DNA of 64,000 nt from Polyangiales bacterium (GCA_044229975.1 JBGARZ010000002.1:896001-960000), one strand, 5' to 3'. Counted from the first letter of the stretch, positions 31,367 through 42,114 are shown. The notes: generated from the sequence alone by a model not told the origin. Translations and numbers: made by a program.

Positions 31367-32344
31367 ATGACGTCCCCACGCCACCCTGGTCATCGTTGCC
31401 TCGTCGGCCTTTCGCTCGTCCTCGGCGCGTGCGGGTCTGGCGGCGGCTTTCACCCTCCCGCGATGTACACGGCCGAGCAGCTCAACGGCGCGGCCCGCGC
31501 CGGTCTGCCCGAACAAGACCCCGACTCTCCCACGCCCGTCGCGCGGCCCACCTACGGCCAGGGGGACGACTCGCCCGTCGTGCCTCCCGCTCCCGCCTCC
31601 GTGCGCGTCATCCACGCGTCTCCCGACCGCGCGGCGGCCTCGGTCGACCTCTACGCCGATGACCTCCCGACGCCCATCGCCACCGCGGTCGCCTACCGCT
31701 CCATCGTCGGCGCGGTGTCCGTCCCCGCGGGCGCGCACACCATCCACGTCCGTCGCGCGGGCGCGGCGGTCACCACGCCGGCAGCGTTGAGCGCGACCAC
31801 GCCCGCGCTCGAAGGGGGACAGCGCTACACGGTCATCGCGCACGGCCTCGTCGGCGGCGCGGCACCTCACGCGCTCACCATCGCGGCCGACGCGGACGCG
31901 ATGCCCACGCCCGATGCGGGCACGGCGCACGTGCGCTTCTTCCACGCCATCGTGGGCCTCGGCGCGGTCGACGTGTGCCGCCTCGCGACGCCCGCGCGCC
32001 CGGCCGCGGCGGGTCGTCCCGCGGTCGCCGCAGTGCCCGCCGCGCCAGTCCTCCAGAACGTCGCGTACGGCTCGTTCGCAAGCGCCGAGCACGACGGGCA
32101 GGCCAGTCACTACGTGCACGTCCCGGCGGGCGCCGCGCTCACGTTGCAGGTGCGCGCTCACGCGGCGCGGCCGTGCGCGGGTCTCCTGCGCGGCACCGTG
32201 ACGCTGACGCCCGCCGATCAGTCGGTGGTGACCGCGGTCGCCGTCGGTCGCGCCACCGCTCCGCTCGCGCCTCGCGCCCTCCTGCTCTGCTCCGACGGAA
32301 CGTACGAGGGCGCACCGAGCTGCACCCCCGTCGCGATCCGCTGA
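31367..32344 (+). CDS. DUF4397-like lipoprotein
   Basis: Lipobox LGAC; duplicated VRVIHASPD..VDLY / VRFFHAIVGLGAVDV units. Confidence 0.78.
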   Translation: MTSPRHPGHRCLVGLSLVLGACGSGGGFHPPAMYTAEQLNGAARAGLPEQDPDSPTPVARPTYGQGDDSPVVPPAPASVRVIHASPDRAAASVDLYADDLPTPIATAVAYRSIVGAVSVPAGAHTIHVRRAGAAVTTPAALSATTPALEGGQRYTVIAHGLVGGAAPHALTIAADADAMPTPDAGTAHVRFFHAIVGLGAVDVCRLATPARPAAAGRPAVAAVPAAPVLQNVAYGSFASAEHDGQASHYVHVPAGAALTLQVRAHAARPCAGLLRGTVTLTPADQSVVTAVAVGRATAPLAPRALLLCSDGTYEGAPSCTPVAIR

Positions 32345-32805
32345 TTCTCCTCTCCACTCCCCAAGAGCTCCTGTACTCCTGACCTCCCCCGGCGCGACGC
32401 CGTCGGAGGGTCCGAGGGCCGTTGTGCTCCATGGCGCACACCTCCCCCGGACTGCTGTCTGGGTGCGTCTGGGGGTTCGCGCGGTCGCGACCATCACGAG
32501 CCGCTGGTTTTCTCGATGGGGAGCGGGGCTTTCACTGTGCCGTCGACCCGCACCCGACGGCCCGCTGTCGACCTCCGTGCGCCGACGGGGGCGGTCAGCG
32601 GGCGAGGTGGGACAGTGCAGCCAAAGCCCTCACGAAAATGCTTGCCACAAGGTGTTTCGTGCGCGTCGACGCTAGACCCGCCGCGGGAATGTCCGTAGGT
32701 AGAAAAGGTGTTCGCCCCTCCATAGGTCGACGTCGCCAACGATCGCCCTCTGGTTGCCCTCGGGTGGGCCCGAGTTCGGGGCAGGACACACACAGACCAC
32801 ACCTT

Positions 32806-32825
32806 CGCCGACACCTTTGTCGGCG
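32806..32825 (+). promoter_or_regulatory. Hairpin in the presumed 5' leader of the 1167-aa gene
   Basis: Perfect 8-bp stem CGCCGACA-CCTT-TGTCGGCG about 40 nt upstream of the start; GAGGTGA RBS follows. Confidence 0.35.
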
Positions 32826-32866
32826 GCGGGATGGCCGTTGTCTTGTGACTCCCGTGAGGTGACCCC

Positions 32867-35800
32867 GTGATGGACCGTACCCGCCGCTACCGCACCGCTC
32901 TCTCGGCGACGATCTTCGTCACCCTCGGGCTCGCGGGCTGCGCCCAGGAGTCCTCGGACCTCCCCTCCAGCGTGACCATCGCGCAGGAGCCCGAGCACCG
33001 CATGGAGGTGCAGTCGTTCATGCCGGTGACGACCCCGGTGCCGACCCCGGAGCCGGTGAGCGAGTGCGTCGACCGCGACGGCGACCACCACGGCGTGGGC
33101 TGCGCCGACGGCCCCGACTGCAACGATGACAACGCCTCCGTCACCGACGAGTGCACCCGCTGCATCCGCCCCACCGAGGGCTGCGAGTGCACGGCGGACG
33201 CCGCCCCGGTGTCGTGCGGTCGCCCCGAGGCGGGCGCCTGCGCAACGGGCGTCCGGGTCTGTCAGGACGGTCGCTGGTCGGCCTGCCTGGGGTACCGCGC
33301 GTCGGCCCTCATCGCCGCCGACTCGGACTCGTGCGGCAACGTCTGCGACCCGACCTGCCGTCGCATCGTCGACTGCCCCACCGCGGGCGACATGCTCCCG
33401 CCCGACAGCACCGCGCTCCAGTTCGGCGCCCAGGCGGCCGCCGCGTTCTGCCCGACGGGCGCGGCCCCCGGCGGCGTCACCCCGGCCTGCGAGAGCGCGC
33501 CTGGTGGTCCCTACGTGCGCTCGGTGTCGCCGACCTCGTGGATCGACGCGTGCGCCGCCGCGGGCAGCCAGCGCCTCCTGGTGAGCTCGGACGAGGGCGT
33601 CGTTCCGGTGACGATCCCCTTCACCTTCGCGTTCTACGGCGTGCCCTACAACTCCGCGCGGCTCAGCGCCAACGGCTACGTCTCCTTCTCCGACGCCGCT
33701 CCGCAGTGGACCAACTCCATGCTGCCCAACAGCACGGTCCCCAACTCCATCTTCGCCTTCTGGGATGACCTCATCCAGCGCTCGACGGGCGTCTGCGTCG
33801 CCACCGTCGGCACCGCCCCCAACCGCACCTTCGTCGCCGAGTGGCTCGACGGAACCTTCTTCCCGGCCGCCGGCACCGACACGCACCTGACCTTCGAGGT
33901 GCAGCTCAGCGAGGCGACCAGCACCGTCGACGTCCGCTACCTCACGATGACCGGAGAGAACACCCGCGCCACCGGCGCCAGCGCCACCGTCGGCGTGCAG
34001 CAGGGCGCGGGCGGCTCGTACGACCTCGTCGCCTACAACACCCCGAACGTCACCAACGCCGGCGTCGGCTTCCGCTGGACGCCGTCGGCCACCTCGACCC
34101 GCTGCCCCCGCGGCGTCTACCGCCGCGTCTTCGAGGGCAACTGCCCCGGCACCGACACCACCCAGGTCCCGGTGTGGGGCGCGCTCAACTACACCGCGTA
34201 CGTCCCCGTCGGGTCGGCCATCCGCTTCGAGGTGCGCGCCGCCGAGACCGCCGCGGGCCTCGCCACGTCGCCCGCCTACCGCCTGCCGGACGCGCCGCGC
34301 ACCACGGGCACCACCGCGGTCCCCAACACCCTCGACCTGGGCGTGTGGCTCCGCTCGGTGCACCCGCTGCTCGAGCGCGCCCGCTTCATCGAGCTGCGCG
34401 CCTACCTCGACCCCGGCGCCAACTTCGACACGCCCCCGACGCTCGGCTCCACCGAGGTTCGCTACAACTGCATCCCGAGCGAGTTCGCCACCACCTGCCG
34501 CAACGGCACGCCCTGCGCGGCGGCCAACCCCTGCCACCGCGGCGAGGTCCAGTGCGACAGCCTCGGCCGCGCGGTCTGCGCCGACATGGGCATGCTCGCG
34601 GCGGGCACCGGCTGCGGCGTCGGGATGTACTGCAGCAACACCGGCGTGTGCGGCGCCTGCGACGAGGGCGCGGCCTGCAACCTCTCCAACGCCTGCCAGA
34701 TCGGTCGCGTGACCTGCGCCTCGGGCAGCCCCCAGTGCGTCGCCGCCGCCAACCGCCCCGCGGGCACCGTCTGCGGCGTCGCCAACAGCGGCAACTACAC
34801 CCGCGACGCCTCGGCCTTCGGCTGGTTCGACGCCTGCAACGCGCCCGGCCACACCACCGTGCTCGCGCTCTCGGCCGACGGCAGCGAGTACGTCACCCTG
34901 CCCTTCCCGTTCCGCTTCTACGGCACCGAACGCAACGACGCGACCATCTCCGCCAACGGGTACATGGCCTTCCCGTCGGCCCCCGTGAACTGGGTCAACG
35001 GCGCTCTCCCCGAGTCGACCTTCGGCGCCGCGGTGGTGCCCTTCTGGGACGACCTCGTGATGCGCGAGGGCGTCTGCCTCGCCACCTACGGCGCGTCGCC
35101 CGATCGCCTCTTCGTCGCGCAGTGGTCCAACGCCGACTTCCAGGACCGCGGCGGCTCGGGCAACGCCGGCGCGCGCCTCAACTTCGAGATCGTCCTCGAA
35201 GAAGCGTCGCAGGCCGTGTCGGTGATCTACGGCGACATGTTCGGCGACGGCCGCGCCACCGGCTCGGGCGCCACCATCGGCATCCAGAGCGGCGACTCCA
35301 CCCGCTTCAACCAGGTGTCCGTCAACGCCGCGGGCACCGTCGCGCCGGGCACCTCGTTCCGCTGGTCGCCTCCCATCAGCGGCATCTGCAACGGCTCGGG
35401 CACCTGCACCACGTGCACCACGACCGAGGTCTGCGACGGCATCGACAACAACTGCAACGCCCTCATCGACGACGCCATCGCGGACGTCTCCTGCGGCGTC
35501 GGCGCCTGCCGCCGCACCGTCTCGGGCTGCACCCGCGGCAGCGTCCCGACCTGCACCCCGGGCGCGCCCACCACCGAGATCTGCAACACCATCGACGACG
35601 ACTGCGACGGCATGGTGGACGAGGGCTGCAACGGCGCCATCGCCTGCCCGGCCGACCGCAGCATGCTCGCGGGCGACACCACGTCGCTCGCCCTGACCCG
35701 CACCGGCACCGTGTCCAACATCGCGTGGACCGTCGTCACCGGCCCCGACGGCGGCGCGAGCTCGGCGGTCTGGAACCCCGCCCCGCCCACCTCCGCGACG

Positions 35801-36370
35801 GAGACCTTCCGCCCCATCATCGTCGGCGCGTACCGCATCCGCGCCACGGCGCGCGACGGCTTCAACAACCCGCTGTCGTGCGAGTTCAACGTGACCGCCG
35901 GCGGCCGCGGCATCCGCGTCGAGCTCACCTGGGACGGCTCCGGCGACCTCGACCTCCACATGCACAACCAGACCAACACCGCCTGGTACAACAACGGCGG
36001 CGCCAACGACTGCCACTACGCCCGCCTGAGCACGTCGTGGGGCGCGGTGCTCGACGTCGACAACGTGACCGCCAACGGCCCGGAGAACATCCGCGTCAAC
36101 ACCCCCACCATCGGGGCCGACTACACCGTCGCGGTGCACCACTACGCCAACGGCGCCGGTCGAAGGGCGACGGTGAAGATCTACTGCGGCGCGGGCACGA
36201 CGCCGATCAACACCTTCGTCAGTGCACCGATGACCGGCAACCAGACCGGCAACTGCACCAACAACACCTTCTGGAGGGTGGCGCGCATCAACGCCGACTC
36301 CATGGGTGGGTGCACCGTCACGACGCTCAACACGACGCAGACCAGCACCGCCGCCTGCAACGCCTTCTGA
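32867..36370 (+). CDS. Large modular Cys-rich surface lipoprotein: duplicated nidogen(NIDO)-like domain, [10 protein letters not shown] metal-binding repeats, C-terminal YfaP/DUF2135-like domain
   Basis: Lipobox LAGC; two copies of [28 protein letters not shown] / [31 protein letters not shown]; extreme C-ending codon bias. Confidence 0.85.
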   Translation: MMDRTRRYRTALSATIFVTLGLAGCAQESSDLPSSVTIAQEPEHRMEVQSFMPVTTPVPTPEPVSECVDRDGDHHGVGCADGPDCNDDNASVTDECTRCIRPTEGCECTADAAPVSCGRPEAGACATGVRVCQDGRWSACLGYRASALIAADSDSCGNVCDPTCRRIVDCPTAGDMLPPDSTALQFGAQAAAAFCPTGAAPGGVTPACESAPGGPYVRSVSPTSWIDACAAAGSQRLLVSSDEGVVPVTIPFTFAFYGVPYNSARLSANGYVSFSDAAPQWTNSMLPNSTVPNSIFAFWDDLIQRSTGVCVATVGTAPNRTFVAEWLDGTFFPAAGTDTHLTFEVQLSEATSTVDVRYLTMTGENTRATGASATVGVQQGAGGSYDLVAYNTPNVTNAGVGFRWTPSATSTRCPRGVYRRVFEGNCPGTDTTQVPVWGALNYTAYVPVGSAIRFEVRAAETAAGLATSPAYRLPDAPRTTGTTAVPNTLDLGVWLRSVHPLLERARFIELRAYLDPGANFDTPPTLGSTEVRYNCIPSEFATTCRNGTPCAAANPCHRGEVQCDSLGRAVCADMGMLAAGTGCGVGMYCSNTGVCGACDEGAACNLSNACQIGRVTCASGSPQCVAAANRPAGTVCGVANSGNYTRDASAFGWFDACNAPGHTTVLALSADGSEYVTLPFPFRFYGTERNDATISANGYMAFPSAPVNWVNGALPESTFGAAVVPFWDDLVMREGVCLATYGASPDRLFVAQWSNADFQDRGGSGNAGARLNFEIVLEEASQAVSVIYGDMFGDGRATGSGATIGIQSGDSTRFNQVSVNAAGTVAPGTSFRWSPPISGICNGSGTCTTCTTTEVCDGIDNNCNALIDDAIADVSCGVGACRRTVSGCTRGSVPTCTPGAPTTEICNTIDDDCDGMVDEGCNGAIACPADRSMLAGDTTSLALTRTGTVSNIAWTVVTGPDGGASSAVWNPAPPTSATETFRPIIVGAYRIRATARDGFNNPLSCEFNVTAGGRGIRVELTWDGSGDLDLHMHNQTNTAWYNNGGANDCHYARLSTSWGAVLDVDNVTANGPENIRVNTPTIGADYTVAVHHYANGAGRRATVKIYCGAGTTPINTFVSAPMTGNQTGNCTNNTFWRVARINADSMGGCTVTTLNTTQTSTAACNAF

Positions 36371-36486
36371 CGGTACGGCCTCTCCCCTTCCCCCTCTCCC
36401 GCTTCCTCCTCCTCCCGCTGCCAGCTTCTCGACCCCGCGGCGGCCCCTGGCCTACCGTCCCCCGCGAAGGAGCCCGCGACCATCCA

Positions 36487-37119
36487 ATGCCCACCAAGGT
36501 TCACGTCATCGACCACCCGCTGGTGCAGCACAAGCTCTCGCTCATGCGCCGCAAGCAGACGCCCACGAGCGAGTTTCGCGCGCTGCTCGAAGAGATCTCC
36601 ATGCTGCTGGCCTACGAGGCGACGCGCGATCTCCCGCTCACCACGCAGCCCGTCGAGACGCCGCTGGAGACCGTCGACGCACCCATCCTCGACGGCAAGA
36701 AGGTGGTCATCGTGTCCATCCTCCGCGCGGGCAACGGCATCCTCGACGGGATGCTGAAGATCCTCCCCTCCGCGCGCGTCGGGCACATCGGCCTCTACCG
36801 CGACCACAAGACCCTCCAGGCCGTGGAGTACTTCTTCAAGGTCCCGTCGGACATGAGCGACCGCGACCTCATCGTCGTCGACCCGATGCTCGCCACCGGC
36901 AACAGCGCCGTCGCCGCCGTCGACCGCCTGGCGCGCACCTCACCCCGCTCCATCAAGTACGTGTGCCTGCTCGCCGCCCCGGAGGGCATCGCGGTCTTCC
37001 AGGCGCAGCACCCGACGGTGCCGATCTACACCGCCTCCATCGACCGCTGCCTCAACGAGTCGGGGTACATCCTCCCCGGCCTCGGCGACGCCGGCGACCG
37101 CCTCTTCGGCACCCGCTGA
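36487..37119 (+). CDS. upp: Uracil phosphoribosyltransferase
   Basis: [41 protein letters not shown]. Confidence 0.96.
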   Translation: MPTKVHVIDHPLVQHKLSLMRRKQTPTSEFRALLEEISMLLAYEATRDLPLTTQPVETPLETVDAPILDGKKVVIVSILRAGNGILDGMLKILPSARVGHIGLYRDHKTLQAVEYFFKVPSDMSDRDLIVVDPMLATGNSAVAAVDRLARTSPRSIKYVCLLAAPEGIAVFQAQHPTVPIYTASIDRCLNESGYILPGLGDAGDRLFGTR

Positions 37120-37128
37120 TCGACCCGT

Positions 37129-39393
37129 CTACCGCGGCGTCGCGAAGCGCTCCCTAATGAGCGCCGCCACGGCGTCGCGCGCGCTGTCGTCGTCGTAGCC
37201 GTAGCGCGACTTCAACGCGGCCAGCGTCGACGCCGCCCGCGCCCGCGCGTCGGGGGCCAGCGACTCGGCGCCGTCGGAGAGCAACAGCTCCACGTCGCGC
37301 GCCACGGCGATCACCTGCTTGCGGTGCTCCTGGAAGAACACCTCGCGCAGCTTCTCGATGTGCTGCGGGAAGAGCCCGCGCGCGGGGAGCATCTGCCCCG
37401 GGTGGTCGATGGCCCACGCCGCCACGCGCGAGATGAGGTTGCGACGAAACTCCTCGTGGCTCCCGCCGAACCCGAGCATGCGCTCGATGTCCTTCATCAT
37501 CGTCTCGTCGGCGGGCTCTTCCTTGCGGGAGACCCGGTTCTCGATCTTCTCGCCCTTGGTCCACGCCGAGACGTGCTGCACGTAGCGCTCGAAGACCTCG
37601 TCGTAGCGGGCCTCGTCGGCGAAGCCCGTCGCGCTCCGCAGCTCGTCCTCCAGCGTGTCGAGCAGCCGCGCCCGCAGCGCCTTCAAGAACCACTTCGGGT
37701 CGTGGTAGCCGCCCGCCACGGTCTCCTGGCGCAGCCACTCGAACTCGCCCGCGCGACCGCTGAGTTCCTCCAGGCCCGCGAGCACCGCGAAGGGCGACAG
37801 CACCTTGTACCCAGGGCTCTGCGCGGCATCGAGGATGAGCCCGCGAATCTCCCGCGGCGACGCCCCGAGGCGGCCCTCGTAGTTGCCCTGGTTGGCCGTC
37901 TCGCGGAAGACGCGCTCGATGCCCGCGCGCAGCTCGCGCGCCTGCTCCTCGGCGTACCGCGGCGGAACCTTCCCCAGCGCCAGCAGGTCGGCCTTCTCCA
38001 TCGGGTTGAGCTCCCCGACGATGGACGCGAGCGGCTTCGGGTACTCCGACGGCGACGGCATGCGCAGGCGCGACAGCACCGCGAAGAGCGCGGCCATCTC
38101 CGTCGCGTGCGGCGCGACGGGACGGCCCACGCCGGGCGCCACCTGGCGGTCGTAGATCTCCTTCTCCAGCGTCCAGTCGACGAGGTACGGCGCGCGGACG
38201 AGCTCCAGTCGCCCGCGAAACGACGCGTACTCGGGGTGCTCGCGGAAGGCGTCGAGGTGCCCCTCGTTGCTGCTGCCGAGCATCACGAGGTTGGGCGAGA
38301 GGTTGGACGTCGTGAGCGACACCTCACCCGTCTCGATCATCAGCAGCAGGTACTTCCACGCCTCCAGCGGGCGCTTGAGCAGGTCGGAGTATTCGAGCAG
38401 TCCGCCGGCCGCGTCGACGAGCTCGCCGTAGGGCTCGAAGAGCGCCGTGTTCTGGAGCGACGGCGGCAGCGACGAGAGCGAGCGCGACGCCGTCACCTGC
38501 CGCTCCTTGGCGTCGACGGCCATCTGCGGACCGAGCGTGACCGCGCCGGTGCGGTAGCGCCGCGACACGTACCAGCGCTCGATCTGGACGTGCGCGTACA
38601 CCCGGCGGAGGTCACCCCGGTACGCGGTGAAGAGCGCCTCGAAGACCTGCTGCGACTTGTGCGAGAGACCGCCCCGCCAGAGGAGCTGCGGCGGACCATC
38701 GTCGTCGGCCGCCGACTTCGCGAAGGTGCGCTCCAGCAAGGGCTGACGCACCGCGCGCGGCAGCAGCAGCAGCGGGTGGTCGCGCAGCTCGCACAGCACC
38801 TTGGCGTCGATGTCGCGCTCGTCGAGGTGGGCGTAGCTGTCGCCCGGCGCCGGACCGTCGTCGCGCCCCGAGGAGCTTCCGCCGCCGAAGCCGATCTTCG
38901 CGTTGTCGGTCCCCCGCCCGCGCGGAAACACCCAATTGAACTGGTAGAGCGCCCCGTCGTCGGTCTGCGAGTACGCCTCCATCGCGCGCATCACCGTCGC
39001 CGCGAAGGTGCTCTTGGCGCTGCCGTTGGGGCCGTGCAGCAGCACCAGGCGGTTGACCGCGCCCAGGAGCCCGAAGTTGGCGAGCGCGCGGTAGACCTCG
39101 GCCTGCTGCGTCTCCTGACCGATGAGCGCGTCGCGCTGACCCACCTCGTCCTCCCACGGGAGGTCAAAGAGGTTCCAGCGGGTGAAGCGGCCGTAGGGGC
39201 GCACCACCTCGCGGCTCCCGTAGTGGTCGAACAGGTCGCGCAGCCAGCGCGCCGCGTCCCGCCCGTGGCGTCGCGGCGCCTCGGCATACAAGCCGAGGTA
39301 CTCGTCGAAGCTCATCACCCGCCGCTCGGTGGCGAAGCGATCGCGCTCCTGCTCCAGCCACGCCCGCACGCCGTCCACCGGGTTGTCCTTCAT
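37129..39393 (-). CDS. prkA: PrkA/YeaG-family AAA+ serine kinase/ATPase
   Basis: LLHGPNGSAKST, CELRDHPL, GELVDAAGGLLEYSDLLKRP, VAPHA, EGRLGASPRE. Confidence 0.85.
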   Translation of the reverse strand: MKDNPVDGVRAWLEQERDRFATERRVMSFDEYLGLYAEAPRRHGRDAARWLRDLFDHYGSREVVRPYGRFTRWNLFDLPWEDEVGQRDALIGQETQQAEVYRALANFGLLGAVNRLVLLHGPNGSAKSTFAATVMRAMEAYSQTDDGALYQFNWVFPRGRGTDNAKIGFGGGSSSGRDDGPAPGDSYAHLDERDIDAKVLCELRDHPLLLLPRAVRQPLLERTFAKSAADDDGPPQLLWRGGLSHKSQQVFEALFTAYRGDLRRVYAHVQIERWYVSRRYRTGAVTLGPQMAVDAKERQVTASRSLSSLPPSLQNTALFEPYGELVDAAGGLLEYSDLLKRPLEAWKYLLLMIETGEVSLTTSNLSPNLVMLGSSNEGHLDAFREHPEYASFRGRLELVRAPYLVDWTLEKEIYDRQVAPGVGRPVAPHATEMAALFAVLSRLRMPSPSEYPKPLASIVGELNPMEKADLLALGKVPPRYAEEQARELRAGIERVFRETANQGNYEGRLGASPREIRGLILDAAQSPGYKVLSPFAVLAGLEELSGRAGEFEWLRQETVAGGYHDPKWFLKALRARLLDTLEDELRSATGFADEARYDEVFERYVQHVSAWTKGEKIENRVSRKEEPADETMMKDIERMLGFGGSHEEFRRNLISRVAAWAIDHPGQMLPARGLFPQHIEKLREVFFQEHRKQVIAVARDVELLLSDGAESLAPDARARAASTLAALKSRYGYDDDSARDAVAALIRERFATPR

Positions 39394-39435
39394 CGGTCCG
39401 CGAGGGTACGCGAGCCGCCCCGGGGAAGCCACGCG

Positions 39436-39912
39436 TTAGCGCCTCGCGCGAGCCTCCGCCCACGCCTCGACGACCCCGCGAAGCTCCTCCGATCGTGGGC
39501 CCGTCGACTCCACGACGAGCGCCCGCTCGCCCGGCGCCGACACCGTCAGCGTGATCCACAGCGCGTCATCCGGAAGCGCCTCGGGCATGCGATCGGCCCA
39601 CTCCACGAGCAGGAGCCCGGAGGCCGCGCGCTCGACGAGGCCGATCTCCGCGAGCTCGTCGGCGCTACCCAGGCGGTAGAGGTCGGCGTGGTGCACCGTG
39701 ATGCGCCCCGGGTGCTCGATGACGACAGCGAAGGTCGGTGAAGTCACCCGCGCCGTCGGGCTGACCCCGGCCCCGAGCGCGATGGCCTGCGAGAGAAGCG
39801 TCTTGCCCGCGCCGAGGGTTCCGACGAGGGCGATGACATCACCGGGACGCGCGGCGGCGCCGAGCGCGCGACCGAGGCGACGCAACGAGGTGCGGCGTAG
39901 CTTGAGGGTCAT
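39436..39912 (-). CDS. tsaE: tRNA threonylcarbamoyladenosine biosynthesis ATPase
   Basis: GTLGAGKT, VTSPTF, HADLYRL, VEW. Confidence 0.93.
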   Translation of the reverse strand: MTLKLRRTSLRRLGRALGAAARPGDVIALVGTLGAGKTLLSQAIALGAGVSPTARVTSPTFAVVIEHPGRITVHHADLYRLGSADELAEIGLVERAASGLLLVEWADRMPEALPDDALWITLTVSAPGERALVVESTGPRSEELRGVVEAWAEARARR

Positions 39913-40334
39913 GGGCCTCGGAAGGCGCCGAAGGTGGCGCGCAGGTAGGCCAGCACGGCTGCGCGCTGGGTCTCGTCGACGGGGATCGCGGGCATCCGGC
40001 GGCCGCCGTCGCGCACGAGGCGCAGCACCTCCGCGTCGTCGACGGTGGGCACCTCCACGCGAAGGTCGGGGCCGTCGCCCGTCCCCGCCCCACGCGCCCC
40101 GTGACAGTGCGCGCAGTACTGGCGAAACACCGCCAGGCCGCGCTCGACCACCGGGTCGACGTCCCGCGCGACGTCGGGTCGATCGGCCCCGCCCGCGTCG
40201 GTCACGTCTTCACCGAGCCGAGCGTCGACGACGTCGAAGGTCGCGGCGTCGCGAGCGACGGGAGGCGCCACTTCCGTGCACGCCGACGCGACGAACACGA
40301 CGGACAGACAGAGCGAGCAGAGTGCGAGGCGCAT
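39909..40334 (-). CDS. Monoheme c-type cytochrome lipoprotein
   Basis: ASAC lipobox-like signal; CAHCH heme motif; distal RMPA Met ligand. Confidence 0.85.
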   Translation of the reverse strand: MRLALCSLCLSVVFVASACTEVAPPVARDAATFDVVDARLGEDVTDAGGADRPDVARDVDPVVERGLAVFRQYCAHCHGARGAGTGDGPDLRVEVPTVDDAEVLRLVRDGGRRMPAIPVDETQRAAVLAYLRATFGAFRGP

Positions 40335-40398
40335 GGGTCAGGAGCGGTTGGCCGTCGCGGCCGAGCGGTCAGCGGAGACGACGGGCATCGCGAGCAAC

Positions 40399-42114
40399 CT
40401 ACCAGCTTCCACCGGCAGCGCCGCACCACCTGCGCGCGAGCGCCACCAGTGCAGCGAACAGCAGAGCGGGCGCTCCCGACCCGCGACGCGGTGACGTGGA
40501 GCAAGCACCGGCTCCGGTCGCTGCGACCACGGGCCCGGCGTCGACGCCCGCATCGCGCGCCACGTCGAAGGCTCCTGCATCGACCGTCCCCCCATCGGTG
40601 GTCACCCCATCCGTGGGCGCGACGTCGGGGCGTGTCGGCGAAACGTCCGCCGACGCTCCGCCGTCGAGGGTCGCGCCACGACGGCGCAATTCGATGGCCG
40701 TCACCGAGTAGGGCGCGAGCGGCAGCGTGAAGCGGGCGCCCGCCACGTCGACCTCGCGGTTGCGGATACGCACGGCGTCGATGGGCCCGCGGACGTTTTC
40801 GTTGGTGTCGGTCAGGGCCCCGCCGCCGACTTCCCACACGCTCGCGCGAGCAACCGGGTCGAAGCCGCGCAGATCGAACGCCAGCGACGACAGCTCCGCC
40901 GCGCCGCCGCGGTTGGTCACGATCACCCGCAGCGCGCCGCCATCCGCAGTGAGGCTCGCGTAGGCCCGCGCGTACGGAACCTCCCCTGCGTAGCCGTCCC
41001 AGTTGGTCGGGCCGTCGACGCGGTAGCTTGGGACGCCCGACGCCGTGAGGGCGACGAGACGCTCGCCGAAGTGTTGCCGCCAGAGCTGGTGCACCAGCAC
41101 CTTCGGTCGACGAATGGCGGTGTTGGCGTCGATGCACCAGGTGCCGGGAATGCCTCCGAAGCGGTAGCCCTGCACCTCGTAGAACATCGCCGCCGCGACG
41201 CCGCCGGTGATCATCTCGCCGAGCGCCGATCCGTAGAAGAGCGCGTCGGCCATGGACCACAGCGCGTACGAGCGCGGCGTCACCAGCGACGCCATCTCGC
41301 GCACCGGCGGCGCGTCGGCGGCCCCGTCCCACTCGCCGATCACCACCTGGATGGAGCTCGCCCGCGCGCCCGCTTCGTCGCGGATCATCGCGCGGATGCG
41401 GGCGAGCAGCGGGGCCACGCCCTCGGCGCCCGCGACGACCTCGCGCGGGTCCATGTCCGCCCACGCGTGGTGGTTGGGGTAGTAGTGGTAGTCGACGGCG
41501 TCGATCACCGCGGCGGTGCGGCGGATGGCCTCGCGGTTCCAGGCTTCTTCGTTGTCGGTGCCGATCTCCAGCACGATGCGCGTGCCCGGGACGCGCGCCC
41601 GGATGGCCGCGGCGTGGGCGATGACGTCGGCGGCGTAGCGAGCGGCCGTGCGGTGCCCGGCGTCCCAGTCGCCCCACACCTCGTTGCCGATGCCGACCCA
41701 GGCCACGCGGATTCCGCGGCGCGTCGCGTCCTGCACCCACATCGCGGCGTTGTCGGGCGTGCTCTGGAGGATGTTGGTCTCCAGGAAGAGACCCGCGTCG
41801 CTGCGCGACGCGAGCGCGGCGGCGGACTCCCAGTCGAAGCCCGCGCGGGTGCACATCGGCGTGAGGGGACGATCCCAGCGGAAGACCGAGTCGGCGTCGC
41901 CGCCGGGGAAGCGCAGCAGCGGGAGCTCCTCGGCCAGCGCCGACACTTCGGGGGACAGCGAGTTGATGAACTCCAGGTCGCCTCCGTAGATGTCGCGCGG
42001 TACGGCACCCCGTTCGGCCGTGGTGTCGATGACCACGCGCGGCTGCGCCAGCGCCGTTGACGAGAGCGAGAGCAGCACCGCGAGCAGTGCACCAGGGCGA
42101 CAACGAATGGGCAC
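40399..42114 (-). CDS. Secreted clan GH-A glycoside hydrolase (alpha-L-arabinofuranosidase/GH51-like) with MYXO-CTERM-like tail
   Basis: LRFPGG, IGNEVWG (acid/base), IGEW (nucleophile), C-terminal beta-sandwich LAPYSVTAI; tail GACS..ALLFAALVALARR; start uncertain. Confidence 0.78.
   Translation of the reverse strand: MPIRCRPGALLAVLLSLSSTALAQPRVVIDTTAERGAVPRDIYGGDLEFINSLSPEVSALAEELPLLRFPGGDADSVFRWDRPLTPMCTRAGFDWESAAALASRSDAGLFLETNILQSTPDNAAMWVQDATRRGIRVAWVGIGNEVWGDWDAGHRTAARYAADVIAHAAAIRARVPGTRIVLEIGTDNEEAWNREAIRRTAAVIDAVDYHYYPNHHAWADMDPREVVAGAEGVAPLLARIRAMIRDEAGARASSIQVVIGEWDGAADAPPVREMASLVTPRSYALWSMADALFYGSALGEMITGGVAAAMFYEVQGYRFGGIPGTWCIDANTAIRRPKVLVHQLWRQHFGERLVALTASGVPSYRVDGPTNWDGYAGEVPYARAYASLTADGGALRVIVTNRGGAAELSSLAFDLRGFDPVARASVWEVGGGALTDTNENVRGPIDAVRIRNREVDVAGARFTLPLAPYSVTAIELRRRGATLDGGASADVSPTRPDVAPTDGVTTDGGTVDAGAFDVARDAGVDAGPVVAATGAGACSTSPRRGSGAPALLFAALVALARRWCGAAGGSW

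Noticed and set aside
32672..36142. 1156-aa minus-strand ORF, and similar long ORFs such as 26020-29046(-), 37324-39741(+), 17148-19484(+) and 10440-12254(-)
   Set aside because: Antisense or alternate-frame shadows of real genes, expected in very GC-rich DNA with few stop codons; Arg/Gly/Ala-rich with no motifs
36378..36420. Pyrimidine-rich tract after the 1167-aa gene (similar tract at about 32345-32390)
   Set aside because: No hairpin or U-tract; may be a Rho-utilisation-like region but cannot be supported as a discrete feature
33841..37119. 1092-aa ORF that appears to fuse a long N-terminus to uracil phosphoribosyltransferase
   Set aside because: The upstream part is an off-frame read of the 1167-aa gene; upp starts at ATG 36487 after its own AAGGAG RBS-like sequence
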